A stretch of DNA of 64,000 nucleotides, taken from NCBI GenBank assembly GCA_016280955.1, contig JAEEHV010000038.1, positions 2,020 to 66,019 of the forward strand, written 5' to 3'. Below the pieces are notes generated by a model. The model was not told where the DNA came from, did no database searches, and saw only the letters and a program-made list of their open reading frames with translations. Of this stretch, positions 16,997 through 27,062 are shown piece after piece. Each line of letters starts with the position of its first letter. Position 1 is the stretch's first letter. Source of the DNA: Candidatus Gastranaerophilales bacterium (GTDB lineage: Bacteria > Cyanobacteriota > Vampirovibrionia > Gastranaerophilales > Gastranaerophilaceae). Both the position numbers and the translations under genes were made by a program.

Positions 16997-19538
16997 CGCT
17001 CACCTGCTTCTGTATATTATGTGGATTTTTAACTTTTCCGAATGCGAATTGTGCCAGAATTGTACCGGCAAGAACTGTTCCGCCGATAGCTGATGCGATT
17101 CTCAACCATTTTTGATTTTCAAATCTTGTTTTGGATGCCTTTTTAAAGAAGTCTAAAGGATTTTGAGCTACCAAATTAAACTTCTGCATTCTTGTTTGTG
17201 ATTCGTAGGTATATTTACTACCCATTTCATTAGAATTGTTAAGTAAATGCTCCGGCTGCATAAAGTCAATGTCATTGTTGCCCATTACATCTCTGAATCG
17301 CTTCATATAACTAAGGAATCTATCCCTAATACTTCCAGTTTCAATACTTCCTTCACCCATGGCTTTGCTTGTAGCATCCTGAATACCTCTGTCCCATCCT
17401 ACATAGAATATATCTTTGTATAATTCAGGATTATGTAATGTATCAAGTTTTAAAGTATGGTCTGAAGAAGTTGCTGTTAAAAGAACATCTTTAATCTTTT
17501 TGTTAAGGTCTTTTTGATAACCGTCAACAGGAGTTTCACGTTTGAAGAAATCAAGAGTATGGAGCAATCTCTGTTGAGTATTTCTTACACCCTGTATTCT
17601 TTCAATTATTCTTGAGATTCTCATATCTCTTGATGATCCGACACCTTTTGAGTGTTTTTTAGCATAAGCAACCGCATCTGCCCCATAATTACCTGTTTTT
17701 TCAGGATCATTAGGCAAACGGACACCTTCTATAAAGTCAAACATGTCTTGTCTTGATTCGATTGTATTTGAAAGCTCATTTACATTATCTTTGACAAGTT
17801 TGTTTATTGTTCGTGAGAATTTACCTTGACCGATACGGTCGATTCTCTGAGCGGTTTTGTTAAAGTTATTTTCATAAGCGGTTATAATATCTTTAATGTA
17901 AGATTCTTCTTCAAATTTGCCGTGCAGTGCAACTTCCATATCTGACATTACTTTTGCAAGCTTGCTTATGCCTTTTTCATATTGAGCTTCATTTTTCACA
18001 AATGCTTCAATCTTTTGCTCGATAATTTCTTTTGTGAGTGCTTCGGATTCTTTCATTTGTTTTAAATCTTTGTATTTGATATCAAGAATGTCAAAGATTG
18101 TATTTTCAAATTTCTTGTAATAACGTGCAAGCACAGTTTCCGGTGCGTGCTCTACTTTGAAGGACTTACATTTATCAATGATGTGGTCTTTTTCTTTAAA
18201 ATCACCGATAACTTTTGCAAAATCAGTAATATCTTTGATAATATTTTCACTTACAAACGATGATGGTTTTTTCTGTATTGAATTTGCTATTTCTTCAATA
18301 ATATTATTTTGTTGCATATAAAGAGCTTTTTTACCTGTTGGCTGAGCTTCTATTTTTGCACCAAACAACTTTTTGAGTTCGCCTTTAAAATCGTACAGCT
18401 GTTCTTGTGTCATATATTTGCCGTCAGCTCCGACAGCATTTCTCAAAGCCTGTTCAATTTCTTCTTTTGTGAGATTAAACACTTCTTTTTCTGTAGCGGC
18501 ATTTCTTCCGACAACAGTTTCTTTGATAATGTTTGATATGTCATCAGCAAGACCGGAACCTATTATAAATCCGTTTTTCTCTGCTTTAAGCATTTTGCTG
18601 ATATCTTCTTTTATGCCGTCAGTAATTTTTGCATCGGTTTCATCAGAAAGAATTTTGATTAATTTATCAAATTCTTCTTTCGGCAATTCTTTGTCTTTAT
18701 ATTCTGTTAAAAGTTTCTCAACTTTTCTGCTTAAGCTGTTTGATTCGATGTCTGAGATATTAAGTGTCATATCCTGAGTTAATCTTAACGCATTTGAGAT
18801 TTTTGAATTGTATCTTGAATTTCTCAATGACATCATAGCCGGCGAAATAACTCTTTCCAAACCGCAGCAGATTAATGCTGTCATGACAGGAGTAGCAAAT
18901 CCTGCACCAAGCATCCACAGGGTATTATTTTGAATACCTATTTTTCTCATTTGTTCTTTAATTAAGTCATTGCGGTTTTTAATTCCTCTCGGAATACCCA
19001 TGCTGTCGCCAATAAGCTGTAAATCTTCATCGGTATATTCTCCTCTGTACATATCCATAGGAATGTAGTTAGGATCCTGCAGCACGGATTTTTTTCTGCC
19101 CTGGTCATCAATATATTCTTTACCGATATCAAATCCCTGAATAACTCTTGACGGAGCATTAATTGCAAGTTTCGGATAGAGCGACATAGATGCAAGGAAT
19201 GTTCCGAGACCTAAATACTCCATAACTCTCATTTTTGGATCGGTTGTTCTGGAAGCCAGATATGTAGCAATACCAATACCGCCAAGCTTAAGACCTACGT
19301 CATTAAGTCTGCCTGTCTGGTGATCATTTGCAGTTCCTCTTAAACCATTTCTGATACATTTTACATCGTATGCAATATCTTTTAACCAGAATTTTGGAAT
19401 AGAAAGTAATGTGTCATGTACAAGGTGACCTTCTGCCGGCAGCGGATGTACAAGATTATTGGTCTTAATGGGAGTTTTTGCATCCCTGTAAGTCCTTTGC
19501 GGAGTTTCAATATTCTGTTGTACAGGAGTTATTGCCAT
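16980..19538 (-). CDS. hypothetical 852-aa protein with N- and C-terminal hydrophobic helices
   Basis: Long ORF; hydrophobic Gly-rich segments flank a long helical soluble region. Confidence 0.8.
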   Translation of the reverse strand: MAITPVQQNIETPQRTYRDAKTPIKTNNLVHPLPAEGHLVHDTLLSIPKFWLKDIAYDVKCIRNGLRGTANDHQTGRLNDVGLKLGGIGIATYLASRTTDPKMRVMEYLGLGTFLASMSLYPKLAINAPSRVIQGFDIGKEYIDDQGRKKSVLQDPNYIPMDMYRGEYTDEDLQLIGDSMGIPRGIKNRNDLIKEQMRKIGIQNNTLWMLGAGFATPVMTALICCGLERVISPAMMSLRNSRYNSKISNALRLTQDMTLNISDIESNSLSRKVEKLLTEYKDKELPKEEFDKLIKILSDETDAKITDGIKEDISKMLKAEKNGFIIGSGLADDISNIIKETVVGRNAATEKEVFNLTKEEIEQALRNAVGADGKYMTQEQLYDFKGELKKLFGAKIEAQPTGKKALYMQQNNIIEEIANSIQKKPSSFVSENIIKDITDFAKVIGDFKEKDHIIDKCKSFKVEHAPETVLARYYKKFENTIFDILDIKYKDLKQMKESEALTKEIIEQKIEAFVKNEAQYEKGISKLAKVMSDMEVALHGKFEEESYIKDIITAYENNFNKTAQRIDRIGQGKFSRTINKLVKDNVNELSNTIESRQDMFDFIEGVRLPNDPEKTGNYGADAVAYAKKHSKGVGSSRDMRISRIIERIQGVRNTQQRLLHTLDFFKRETPVDGYQKDLNKKIKDVLLTATSSDHTLKLDTLHNPELYKDIFYVGWDRGIQDATSKAMGEGSIETGSIRDRFLSYMKRFRDVMGNNDIDFMQPEHLLNNSNEMGSKYTYESQTRMQKFNLVAQNPLDFFKKASKTRFENQKWLRIASAIGGTVLAGTILAQFAFGKVKNPHNIQKQVSDDKSI

Positions 19539-19539
19539 G

Positions 19540-20610
19540 TTATATCACCGTACTTTCTTCATTTCTGTCAATTAAATCTTTGTTTGCCAGCTTGCCCATG
19601 TGCTTTGCTCTGTATATAGAGTTTGTTATTGTTCCCAGAGTGAGAGCAGCTGTAAATAATAACCAGCCTTTGCCGGCATGCTTCATAAATCCTTTGGTAC
19701 CCGGTTCGCCGGTCCAGAAGGTTTTACATGCTTTGCCGAATGACTTGCCGAAAGATTTTGTTAATTTAACGGTATTTTTAGATGTGTTAGCGATTTTGCC
19801 GCCCAATTTTGAGAAGAAACCTTCACCTTCTTTTGCAATATATTTAGGTCTGTCAGAGAAGTTCTTAAAGAAGTCTGCCCAGCTGTTCTGAACCGCAAGA
19901 CCTACACCGACACCTGCCCACGCATATGAGGATAAGCTCTTAGCAGTTTTTGTTGTTGCAACAATGCTCTGTATAATTGGTGTTGTTTCCGTAACCGAAT
20001 CATTCAGATTTTCGCCAAGACCGATTTTTCTTGCAATATTATCATAATATGCAGTGCCGTATCTCGGATCTTTTGCCAATAAATCTTTTCTGAAGAATTC
20101 AATACTGTCATAAACTTTTCTTTGCTGGTGCTGAGGTATTATTTCCGCATCTGCTCCCGGTTTTGTAGGAAGCGGATAATAAACATTTCTGTATGGCATT
20201 TCAATATCAACACCTGTTGACCATGCTATCGGACGAGTGATTAAATCATTGGAAAGTGTTTTGCCAAGTCCGTATAAAACAACACCAAGCCCCATCTTTT
20301 TACCGGTCAAAGCTGCTTTTGGAGTTAAGTGTTTATTGACCAGATTAAACATTCCCATAAACATGCCGCTGCCGATTAAATATGGTATTATGCCTATTGC
20401 TAAAAATTCGTAAAAATCAGAATTTACATCTCCTCTTAAACCTTTGACGGGGTATTCTATTATTGCACTGGTTGTTTTGTCGTATTTCTGATTAATTCTT
20501 GTTTTCAGAGTATTTGGAAGAATCATGGATTCCTGATTTTCCGGCTTTTCTTTTTTAGAATTAGCCTGAAAATTTATACTATTATCTGATAATCTTACTT
20601 CCTTAATCAT
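19540..20610 (-). CDS. hypothetical membrane-associated protein, distant paralog of the 852-aa N-domain
   Basis: Four hydrophobic Gly-rich segments; shares an I..P......G.DI...Y motif with its neighbour. Confidence 0.8.
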   Translation of the reverse strand: MIKEVRLSDNSINFQANSKKEKPENQESMILPNTLKTRINQKYDKTTSAIIEYPVKGLRGDVNSDFYEFLAIGIIPYLIGSGMFMGMFNLVNKHLTPKAALTGKKMGLGVVLYGLGKTLSNDLITRPIAWSTGVDIEMPYRNVYYPLPTKPGADAEIIPQHQQRKVYDSIEFFRKDLLAKDPRYGTAYYDNIARKIGLGENLNDSVTETTPIIQSIVATTKTAKSLSSYAWAGVGVGLAVQNSWADFFKNFSDRPKYIAKEGEGFFSKLGGKIANTSKNTVKLTKSFGKSFGKACKTFWTGEPGTKGFMKHAGKGWLLFTAALTLGTITNSIYRAKHMGKLANKDLIDRNEESTVI

Positions 20611-20681
20611 ACGAACCCCATTGGTACCTATATATAAAAAGTCATGTGAAGTTTAATTTTTGCTAGTAAAAGAACAGTAAT

Positions 20682-20699
20682 TTTACATTTCTTTACAAA
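20682..20699 (+). promoter_or_regulatory. HLR1 direct repeat, perfect match
   Basis: TTTACATT-TC-TTTACAAA upstream of the 20610 operon. Confidence 0.6.
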
Positions 20700-20820
20700 C
20701 AAAGTCTGGCTGTAATAATACCACACATCTGTACTCATGGTATCAAAAACATAATTGATTTACAAGGCTTACAAGCGATTTTATTACTAAATACCCGGAA
20801 AAATATTTAAGCCAAAACCA

Positions 20821-22194
20821 TTACTGATGCGGAGTTTTGACACCTTTTGTAATAGCTTCGATAATTCTTTGAACCTTAACTATTTCAATATCGTCAAAAG
20901 ACTCCTGCACTTCATTTGCTTCAGGAATTATTATCCTTTTAAATCCGAGTTTTTTAGCTTCGTTAATACGTTTTTCGATATGATTTACGGCACGAATTTC
21001 ACCGGATAATCCGAGTTCTCCGACAATTGCTGTCTGCATGTCAAAAATAACATCCCGTACGCATGTTACAATAGCAAGTGCAATACCCAAATCCGCAGCA
21101 GGTTCATTGACATCAATTCCACCGATAACATTTACATATACATCTTGTTTGGAAAGGTTCAGACCGATTCTTTTTTCCAAAACCGCAAGAATCTGTAAAA
21201 CACGCCCCGTATCAACCCCATTTGCTATTCTTCTGGGTGCCGGATATGGAGTTGTTCCCACAAGAGCCTGTACTTCAACAAGCAGCGGTCTTGTTCCTTC
21301 GTTGGTAACAATTATCGTACTGCCGGGAGTTTGTGTACGGTTATATTCTTTTAGAAAAAGTTCGCTCGGATTAATAACTTCTTTAAGTCCGTTTGCACCC
21401 ATCTCAAAAATACCGACTTCTGAGGTATTTCCGAAACGGTTTTTGATGGAACGTAAAATTCTGTATGATTTGTATTTATCACCTTCAAACTGTATAACTG
21501 TATCAACCATGTGTTCCAAAACTTTAGGACCGGCAATATTACCTTCTTTTGTAACATGCCCTATAACAATAATTGATAAATTTTTTGATTTGGAAATTTG
21601 CATAAGCACATTACAGCATTCTCTTATTTGAGATACACTGCCTGCCGAACTCTGTATAAGTGATGTATAAATTGCCTGAATACTGTCAACTATAACTAAA
21701 TCCGGCTGCAAAATGTCTATATGTTTTTTTATTAACTCTAAATTTGTTTGCGGATATATGTATAAATTATCTGATTTTACACCAAGTCTTTCGGCACGTA
21801 GTTTAACCTGAGTGGCGGATTCTTCTGCAGATATATATAAAACCTTCTTACTTTGTTTGCAAAGCTCCCCTGATGTTTGCAAAAGAATTGTAGATTTACC
21901 GATTCCCGGATCGCCTGCAAGAAGAATTAATGAACCCTGAACAATACCGCCGCCAAGTACCCGGTCAAACTCTGATATATTTGTTGTAATCCGTATTTCT
22001 GAGTTCATTTCAATTTCTGAAAGTTTTTTCGGTGGCACAGAATCAACAACTTCAGTTACAAATTCCTTTTTTTCGGCAGAAATCGTTTCTTCAACAAAAG
22101 TACCCCAACCACCGCACTCAGGACATTTTCCCAAATACCCTGCCGTTTCATAACCACAATTCTGACATACATATTTTGATTTGATTTTTGCCAT
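20821..22194 (-). CDS. radA: DNA repair protein RadA/Sms
   Basis: C4 zinc finger CQNC...CPEC, Walker A GDPGIGKS, KNRFG motif, Lon-like C-terminus; start set at MAKIKSKY. Confidence 0.97.
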   Translation of the reverse strand: MAKIKSKYVCQNCGYETAGYLGKCPECGGWGTFVEETISAEKKEFVTEVVDSVPPKKLSEIEMNSEIRITTNISEFDRVLGGGIVQGSLILLAGDPGIGKSTILLQTSGELCKQSKKVLYISAEESATQVKLRAERLGVKSDNLYIYPQTNLELIKKHIDILQPDLVIVDSIQAIYTSLIQSSAGSVSQIRECCNVLMQISKSKNLSIIVIGHVTKEGNIAGPKVLEHMVDTVIQFEGDKYKSYRILRSIKNRFGNTSEVGIFEMGANGLKEVINPSELFLKEYNRTQTPGSTIIVTNEGTRPLLVEVQALVGTTPYPAPRRIANGVDTGRVLQILAVLEKRIGLNLSKQDVYVNVIGGIDVNEPAADLGIALAIVTCVRDVIFDMQTAIVGELGLSGEIRAVNHIEKRINEAKKLGFKRIIIPEANEVQESFDDIEIVKVQRIIEAITKGVKTPHQ

Positions 22195-22207
22195 ATTCAC
22201 CATAAAG

Positions 22208-22235
22208 AAAGATTTGACAATAATGCCAAATCTTT
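22208..22235 (-). terminator. hairpin, probable terminator of the LysM gene, just upstream of radA
   Basis: Minus strand aaagatttggca-ttat-tgtcaaatcttt followed by cttt. Confidence 0.55.
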
Positions 22236-22257
22236 TTTATACTACTACACTTTCATA

Positions 22258-22824
22258 CTAACCTTTATTAACGGGAATTATTAATTTTTGACCTATGGAT
22301 AAAGCGTTAGGATTAGCCATTTTATTAGCATCCTGTATCAAACCTACTTTTTCCATGTCAAAAGTTCCGTAAAATCTTATAACTATACTTTCTAAAGTAT
22401 CCCCTTCTTTAACGGTATATTCTTTATTTTTATATGTTGCTGCTGATGTACTCTTTGCTGAGTCAGCCGGTATAAATCTAAACTTGCCGTTATCAGTGGT
22501 AGTAACTTGTTTTGAAGGTTTAATACTTATATCTTCTTTTGGAGTTGTTACATTGATTAATAAACTGACAAAAGTGGTAATTATTAATGTAATTATTACA
22601 CCAACAATCAATCCCATAACGAAATATACCTGAGGAGTCTTTTCGTTTTTCTGAGCTCTGGTTGCAACACCCAGATTTTGCCAAAGAGCATCCAGCTCAC
22701 GGCTTTTTGTTTGTCGTCTGTAAAAATCCTCGTCCTGATGTTCTCTGTTATAGCGATTCAGTGCTTCCATCATTGCGACTTTTTCTCTTGTAATATTTGA
22801 TCTTCTAAGTGTTGTGCTTTTCAT
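22258..22824 (-). CDS. membrane-anchored LysM domain protein
   Basis: One TM helix; C-terminal YTVKEGDTLESI......N.M.NPNAL.IGQKLIIP. Confidence 0.9.
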   Translation of the reverse strand: MKSTTLRRSNITREKVAMMEALNRYNREHQDEDFYRRQTKSRELDALWQNLGVATRAQKNEKTPQVYFVMGLIVGVIITLIITTFVSLLINVTTPKEDISIKPSKQVTTTDNGKFRFIPADSAKSTSAATYKNKEYTVKEGDTLESIVIRFYGTFDMEKVGLIQDANKMANPNALSIGQKLIIPVNKG

Positions 22825-22907
22825 AACTCCTCACTATTCGCAGTATATTGTTACCGCCTACAAAAAATTTAACATAAACTAACATGTCGTGCAAATTTGT
22901 TAAGTAA

Positions 22908-22925
22908 TATGTAAAGATTTGTTAA
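22908..22925 (-). promoter_or_regulatory. HLR1-like direct repeat, 1 mismatch
   Basis: Minus strand TTAACAAA-TC-TTTACATA upstream of the LysM gene. Confidence 0.4.
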
Positions 22926-22942
22926 ATCAATCTGTAGTATCA

Positions 22943-23428
22943 TTATTCTGCGAATTGTTCAGCAACTTCAAACGGCTGCTCGGAAAGTTTAAGTGTTTCT
23001 CTGTCAATAATTCCGCGTTTTAATTCAGTAAATGATGCTTTTTTTGAGTTAAATACTTTTTTTAGAAATTCATAAGCAACCTTAGGATCGCATTTTGTTC
23101 CGCATGTAAATAAATCTACGGCAGCATAGCCTAATTCCGGCCATGTATGAATTGCCAAGTGACTTTCGGATATAATTACTACACCGGATACACCATAGGG
23201 GTTAAACATGTGAAAGCACTTTTGAACGATTGTCGCACCACACTCAAGAGCTGCATCTATCATGTACTTTTCTACTTTATCAATGTTATTTAAAATATTC
23301 GAATCACATTCAAAAAATTCTGCAAGAACGTGTTGACCTAAATTAACTGTGTCTAAATTAGAATGAGTCTCAAGCTCTTTTAGTGATGATGATACAATTG
23401 TCAATTCATGTGCCTCCATTTCTACCAA
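22943..23428 (-). CDS. speD: S-adenosylmethionine decarboxylase proenzyme
   Basis: GVSGVVIISESHLAIHTWPE pyruvoyl autocleavage motif; DLFTCG. Confidence 0.95.
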   Translation of the reverse strand: MVEMEAHELTIVSSSLKELETHSNLDTVNLGQHVLAEFFECDSNILNNIDKVEKYMIDAALECGATIVQKCFHMFNPYGVSGVVIISESHLAIHTWPELGYAAVDLFTCGTKCDPKVAYEFLKKVFNSKKASFTELKRGIIDRETLKLSEQPFEVAEQFAE

Positions 23429-23517
23429 CGCTCAATGCGTTAATTAAACTTTCTACAATTTATATCTTACTATAAAAAACAAAAAATATGTAAAATTTAC
23501 ACTTTTTAGAGGAGATG

Positions 23518-23535
23518 TTAACAAAATGTTACAAT
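23518..23535 (+). promoter_or_regulatory. HLR1-like direct repeat, 1 mismatch
   Basis: TTAACAAA-AT-GTTACAAT upstream of speD. Confidence 0.4.
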
Positions 23536-24381
23536 CTATGCCTGTAATGCTTCAAGCGCAGCTATTTTCATTAATTTTGTATCGGGATTCTTGCCTGTCC
23601 AGATTTGTATTGCACGTTCTGCCTGATAAATTAGCATGTCTAATCCGCCAATAATTTTAAGTCCTCTTTTTTCAGCTTCTTTAAGCAGTATTGTTTTTAC
23701 AGGATTATAGACGATATCATATACGACTGTATCCGGTGATAATTTGTCTAAATCATAAGGTTCAAGCGGCATTTGATCTGCCATATATCCGCGCATTCCA
23801 ATCGGAGTTGCATTAACAATAATTGCTGAACCGGCAAGACTTCTTATTGATTGAATTTGATATACATTAAATGTTATTTTGGGAAACTGTGCTCTTACAT
23901 AGTTTAGTGTATTGTGTGAATTAATTATATTTCTGGTATAAAAATCAATTGAGCTGACACCCTTTTCTGATAAACCCACAACGGCAGCTCTTGCCGCTCC
24001 GCCTGTTCCGAGTATGCTTGCATTTTTACCCTTCAAATCAATATCCAACGGTATTGCTTTTTTAAAACCGTAAATATCAGTATTGTATCCGAAAAATTCT
24101 TTGTTTTCATTAACCTTTATTGTATTAACACATCCTGCAACGTTAGCATAGTCATCAATATCATTTACAAAAAGAGACATTGGAACCTTGAGCGGAATTG
24201 TAACGTTAAATCCCTGATAATCATTTGATTTTATATATTTGATACGGTCTATTAAATTTTCTGCAGGTGTTTCCATAACATCATATACAACATCTTCTCC
24301 GATGCTGTTTAATCCTGCTTTTTGAATAGCTGCAGAAATTGAGTGCCCGAGCGGATATCCTATTATTCCGAGTTTGTACAT
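23536..24381 (-). CDS. aroE: shikimate dehydrogenase
   Basis: GYPLGHSIS, GFNVTIPLK, NTD..GF, ILGTGGAARA, YDIVYNP, GLDMLIYQA. Confidence 0.95.
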   Translation of the reverse strand: MYKLGIIGYPLGHSISAAIQKAGLNSIGEDVVYDVMETPAENLIDRIKYIKSNDYQGFNVTIPLKVPMSLFVNDIDDYANVAGCVNTIKVNENKEFFGYNTDIYGFKKAIPLDIDLKGKNASILGTGGAARAAVVGLSEKGVSSIDFYTRNIINSHNTLNYVRAQFPKITFNVYQIQSIRSLAGSAIIVNATPIGMRGYMADQMPLEPYDLDKLSPDTVVYDIVYNPVKTILLKEAEKRGLKIIGGLDMLIYQAERAIQIWTGKNPDTKLMKIAALEALQA

Positions 24382-24444
24382 AAGCTCTTTCCTCCGATAA
24401 CTAAATTATACATTAGTTAACCGGTGTTGTGAATAGCTTAGTTT

Positions 24445-25221
24445 TTAATTTTCAATTGAAAGATTCATAAATTCAATATCATCATAATCGGTATATGAAG
24501 TTTGCATGACATTGTATCCGGTTTTTATTGTGACTTCGTTAATCTGATTTTTCCTTATCAGGTTTGCAGGAATTTTTATCTTTTGTCCGTCACCGTTTAT
24601 CTGTATATCAGCAATTTTATTACCGTTAAAAAATATTTGGGGAGCTGTGGCGTACGCATTTGGTCTGCGATTTTGGTTCATTGTTCTTGCCATCAGTGTA
24701 TCTATCCCTATAATAGAGCCTATTACAAGATACACAGGCGAACTTGTGTTAATATTTTTCAGATTAAATTTTTTTGTAAAAAAAGGTCCTGTTGCATCAC
24801 CCACAAACTCTCCTGCATTTGCCGAATTTTCCGAATAACTGTTATCTCCGAGGTGATGCATATTCATATCTATTGCAAGAGCATTTCCGTCAGATTTTTC
24901 TATGGATACTTCGAGCGGCTTGTTAAATGTTTTTTCATTAATTGTCATTGAAAAGGGTTTGTATTTGTCTTTTTGGACAGACATAATGCTTGTTCCTTCT
25001 ATTGCTGTGTTTAGTTCAAAAAAACCGTCTTTGTTGGTTTTTGTCATGTAATTTTCTTTGGGAAGAGTTATTTTGGCACCGCCAACACCTTTGCCTGTTG
25101 CTTTGTCTATTATTCGGTGTGAATTGCTGCCTCCTTTTTCAGAAACGGCACCCTCTATTGTTTTGGCATATACAGGTGCAATAAATGCCAATATGATAAA
25201 AGCTGATATTATTTTTTTCAT
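24445..25221 (-). CDS. exported protein with a carboxypeptidase-regulatory-like beta domain
   Basis: Signal peptide MKKIISAFIILAFIAPVYA (start moved to 25221); IIDKATGKGV.GAKI......T.TNKDGFF pattern. Confidence 0.65.
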   Translation of the reverse strand: MKKIISAFIILAFIAPVYAKTIEGAVSEKGGSNSHRIIDKATGKGVGGAKITLPKENYMTKTNKDGFFELNTAIEGTSIMSVQKDKYKPFSMTINEKTFNKPLEVSIEKSDGNALAIDMNMHHLGDNSYSENSANAGEFVGDATGPFFTKKFNLKNINTSSPVYLVIGSIIGIDTLMARTMNQNRRPNAYATAPQIFFNGNKIADIQINGDGQKIKIPANLIRKNQINEVTIKTGYNVMQTSYTDYDDIEFMNLSIEN

Positions 25222-25262
25222 AAGTAATTTACCTCTTTGCTCATTTACCATGTACTCCTTTA

Positions 25263-25811
25263 TCACCCTTGAATGTATTTGGTGGAAATATACATATTTA
25301 ACAGAACCATTCCCGAAAGAACAAAATCTAAACCGGCTGCCACTCCTACAAGCCACAGTGCAGAAGATGGTATCGTAATAATAATGATTATTCCGGAGAA
25401 AAATTCAAAAATTGCTAAAAACATACACATCCACCAAAAATTTAGTGTTTTTCTTGTCTGAACCGAAAATGCCGATGAAGATATGCTTTTTAAAATAAAA
25501 TAAATTCCGCCCAGTCCGGTAATTAATGCAATATCAAAAACGGGAATTGCAAAAAGTGAAAATCCTGCAACAGCTAAGATTAAACCCTCCAGAATATCCA
25601 ATATATAATGTCTGGAAAAATTTCTTGTAAATAATGCACAAATAATTTTAAATATCCCGTAAACAATAAAAGAAACACATATTAAAAATCCGAATGATAT
25701 AAACGAGATTTTTGGTAATATAAGCACAGTCAGCCCTAAGACCAAAAGTAAAATACCTTCGGTCAAAACAAACATTAAAAATTTATTTTCAGTCATAATC
25801 AATCCTTTCAA
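25263..25811 (-). CDS. HdeD/DUF308 family membrane protein
   Basis: About six TM helices; EGILLLVLG...P and LWLVG...G.D....G pattern. Confidence 0.7.
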   Translation of the reverse strand: MKGLIMTENKFLMFVLTEGILLLVLGLTVLILPKISFISFGFLICVSFIVYGIFKIICALFTRNFSRHYILDILEGLILAVAGFSLFAIPVFDIALITGLGGIYFILKSISSSAFSVQTRKTLNFWWMCMFLAIFEFFSGIIIIITIPSSALWLVGVAAGLDFVLSGMVLLNMYISTKYIQG

Positions 25812-25868
25812 AATAAGAATTGCATACTGACGGAAAAATTTTTATCACCGGGTGGATGTTTTTGGGGG

Positions 25869-27062
25869 TTATAATTTGGAAGCTATAAATTCCATAATTT
25901 CATTTGCGTATTTATCCCATCTGAATAATTTTGCCCTGTTCAAACCTTGTTCCGAACACAAAGCACGAAAAATATTATCAAAATACATTCTTTCAAAAGC
26001 TTCAACCATTTCTTCATCAGATTCGGGATTAATTTTAATTCCTGCATCACCAATAACTTCCGGAAGGGAGGATGTTTTAGAAGTTATTACGGGGCATCCG
26101 CAGGCCATGGCTTCTAATACGGGCAGACCAAAACCTTCATACAAAGACGGAAATATAAACATCATAGCATTGGAATAATATTTTTTCAGCTCATTATCAC
26201 TGATGTATCCTGTTAGTATAACTTTTGACCTGTCATACTTATTCAAAATGTTGTTCAGGTCTTTTTTATATTTTTCCCAAATACTTCCTCCGAGTACAAG
26301 TTTTAAATCATCAATTTTATTTTTGCCGATAAAGTTAAAAAAGTTATGTATTGAAAATTCCAGATTTTTTCTTTTGCCGAGAGTGCAAAGAGAAAATACG
26401 TATTTTTCTTTAATAGGGGCATTCTCATAATCAGGAAAAAAGTTTTCGCTAACTCCGAGCAATGCCGTCTTTACGTTTTCCGGGGTTACATCAAAATACT
26501 TTATAACATCATTTCTTGTTGATTCGGAATCCGTAAAATAGTATTCTTTATTATTTATTGTTGAATATATCTTGTAATACCAATCCTTGGGACTTTTAGG
26601 CAAACCTGAGTCAATTACGGGAATTGTGTCGTGTATAACACGAAATTTCTTTAATTCCGATTCTGCAATTTCTTTTGACGGTGGTGTATATGGTGAAAAA
26701 TAAGCATCAAAAAATTTTAGCTGTTCCTGATTTTTCCTGTTGTTTTTATAAAACCAGGCATCATAAAATCTTGTAAGAATAATAATCCCGTACTTAAACC
26801 TGATAGGAAATTTATCGGTAAAGTAGAGAAGTTTGCCCCAAAATTTGTTTATAAGAGAGTGTTCTTCCAGTAAAGGTAAATTTTTAAATTCATCTGTATT
26901 TTTTAAAAAATAATATCTTCTGTAATCGCATTGGAGGGTAATATCTACTCCGCTTTTTATAAATTCTCTCAGTACATTAAGTGCAACATGAAAAACACCG
27001 GCTCTGTGTCCTGAATTGTCATTATAATAAGAAAGTTCGGTTGCATCAAACAGGAGTTTCAT
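25869..27062 (-). CDS. glycosyltransferase family 4 (GT-B)
   Basis: FPSLYEGFGLPVLEAMACGCPVITS. Confidence 0.92.
   Translation of the reverse strand: MKLLFDATELSYYNDNSGHRAGVFHVALNVLREFIKSGVDITLQCDYRRYYFLKNTDEFKNLPLLEEHSLINKFWGKLLYFTDKFPIRFKYGIIILTRFYDAWFYKNNRKNQEQLKFFDAYFSPYTPPSKEIAESELKKFRVIHDTIPVIDSGLPKSPKDWYYKIYSTINNKEYYFTDSESTRNDVIKYFDVTPENVKTALLGVSENFFPDYENAPIKEKYVFSLCTLGKRKNLEFSIHNFFNFIGKNKIDDLKLVLGGSIWEKYKKDLNNILNKYDRSKVILTGYISDNELKKYYSNAMMFIFPSLYEGFGLPVLEAMACGCPVITSKTSSLPEVIGDAGIKINPESDEEMVEAFERMYFDNIFRALCSEQGLNRAKLFRWDKYANEIMEFIASKL

Noticed and set aside
24445-25356. Extended ORF-track starts (25356, also 7225, 8556, 43843, 45690, 51164, 52685, 57348, 60748)
   Set aside because: Downstream ATGs give proper RBSs, signal peptides or domain starts and remove large overlaps.
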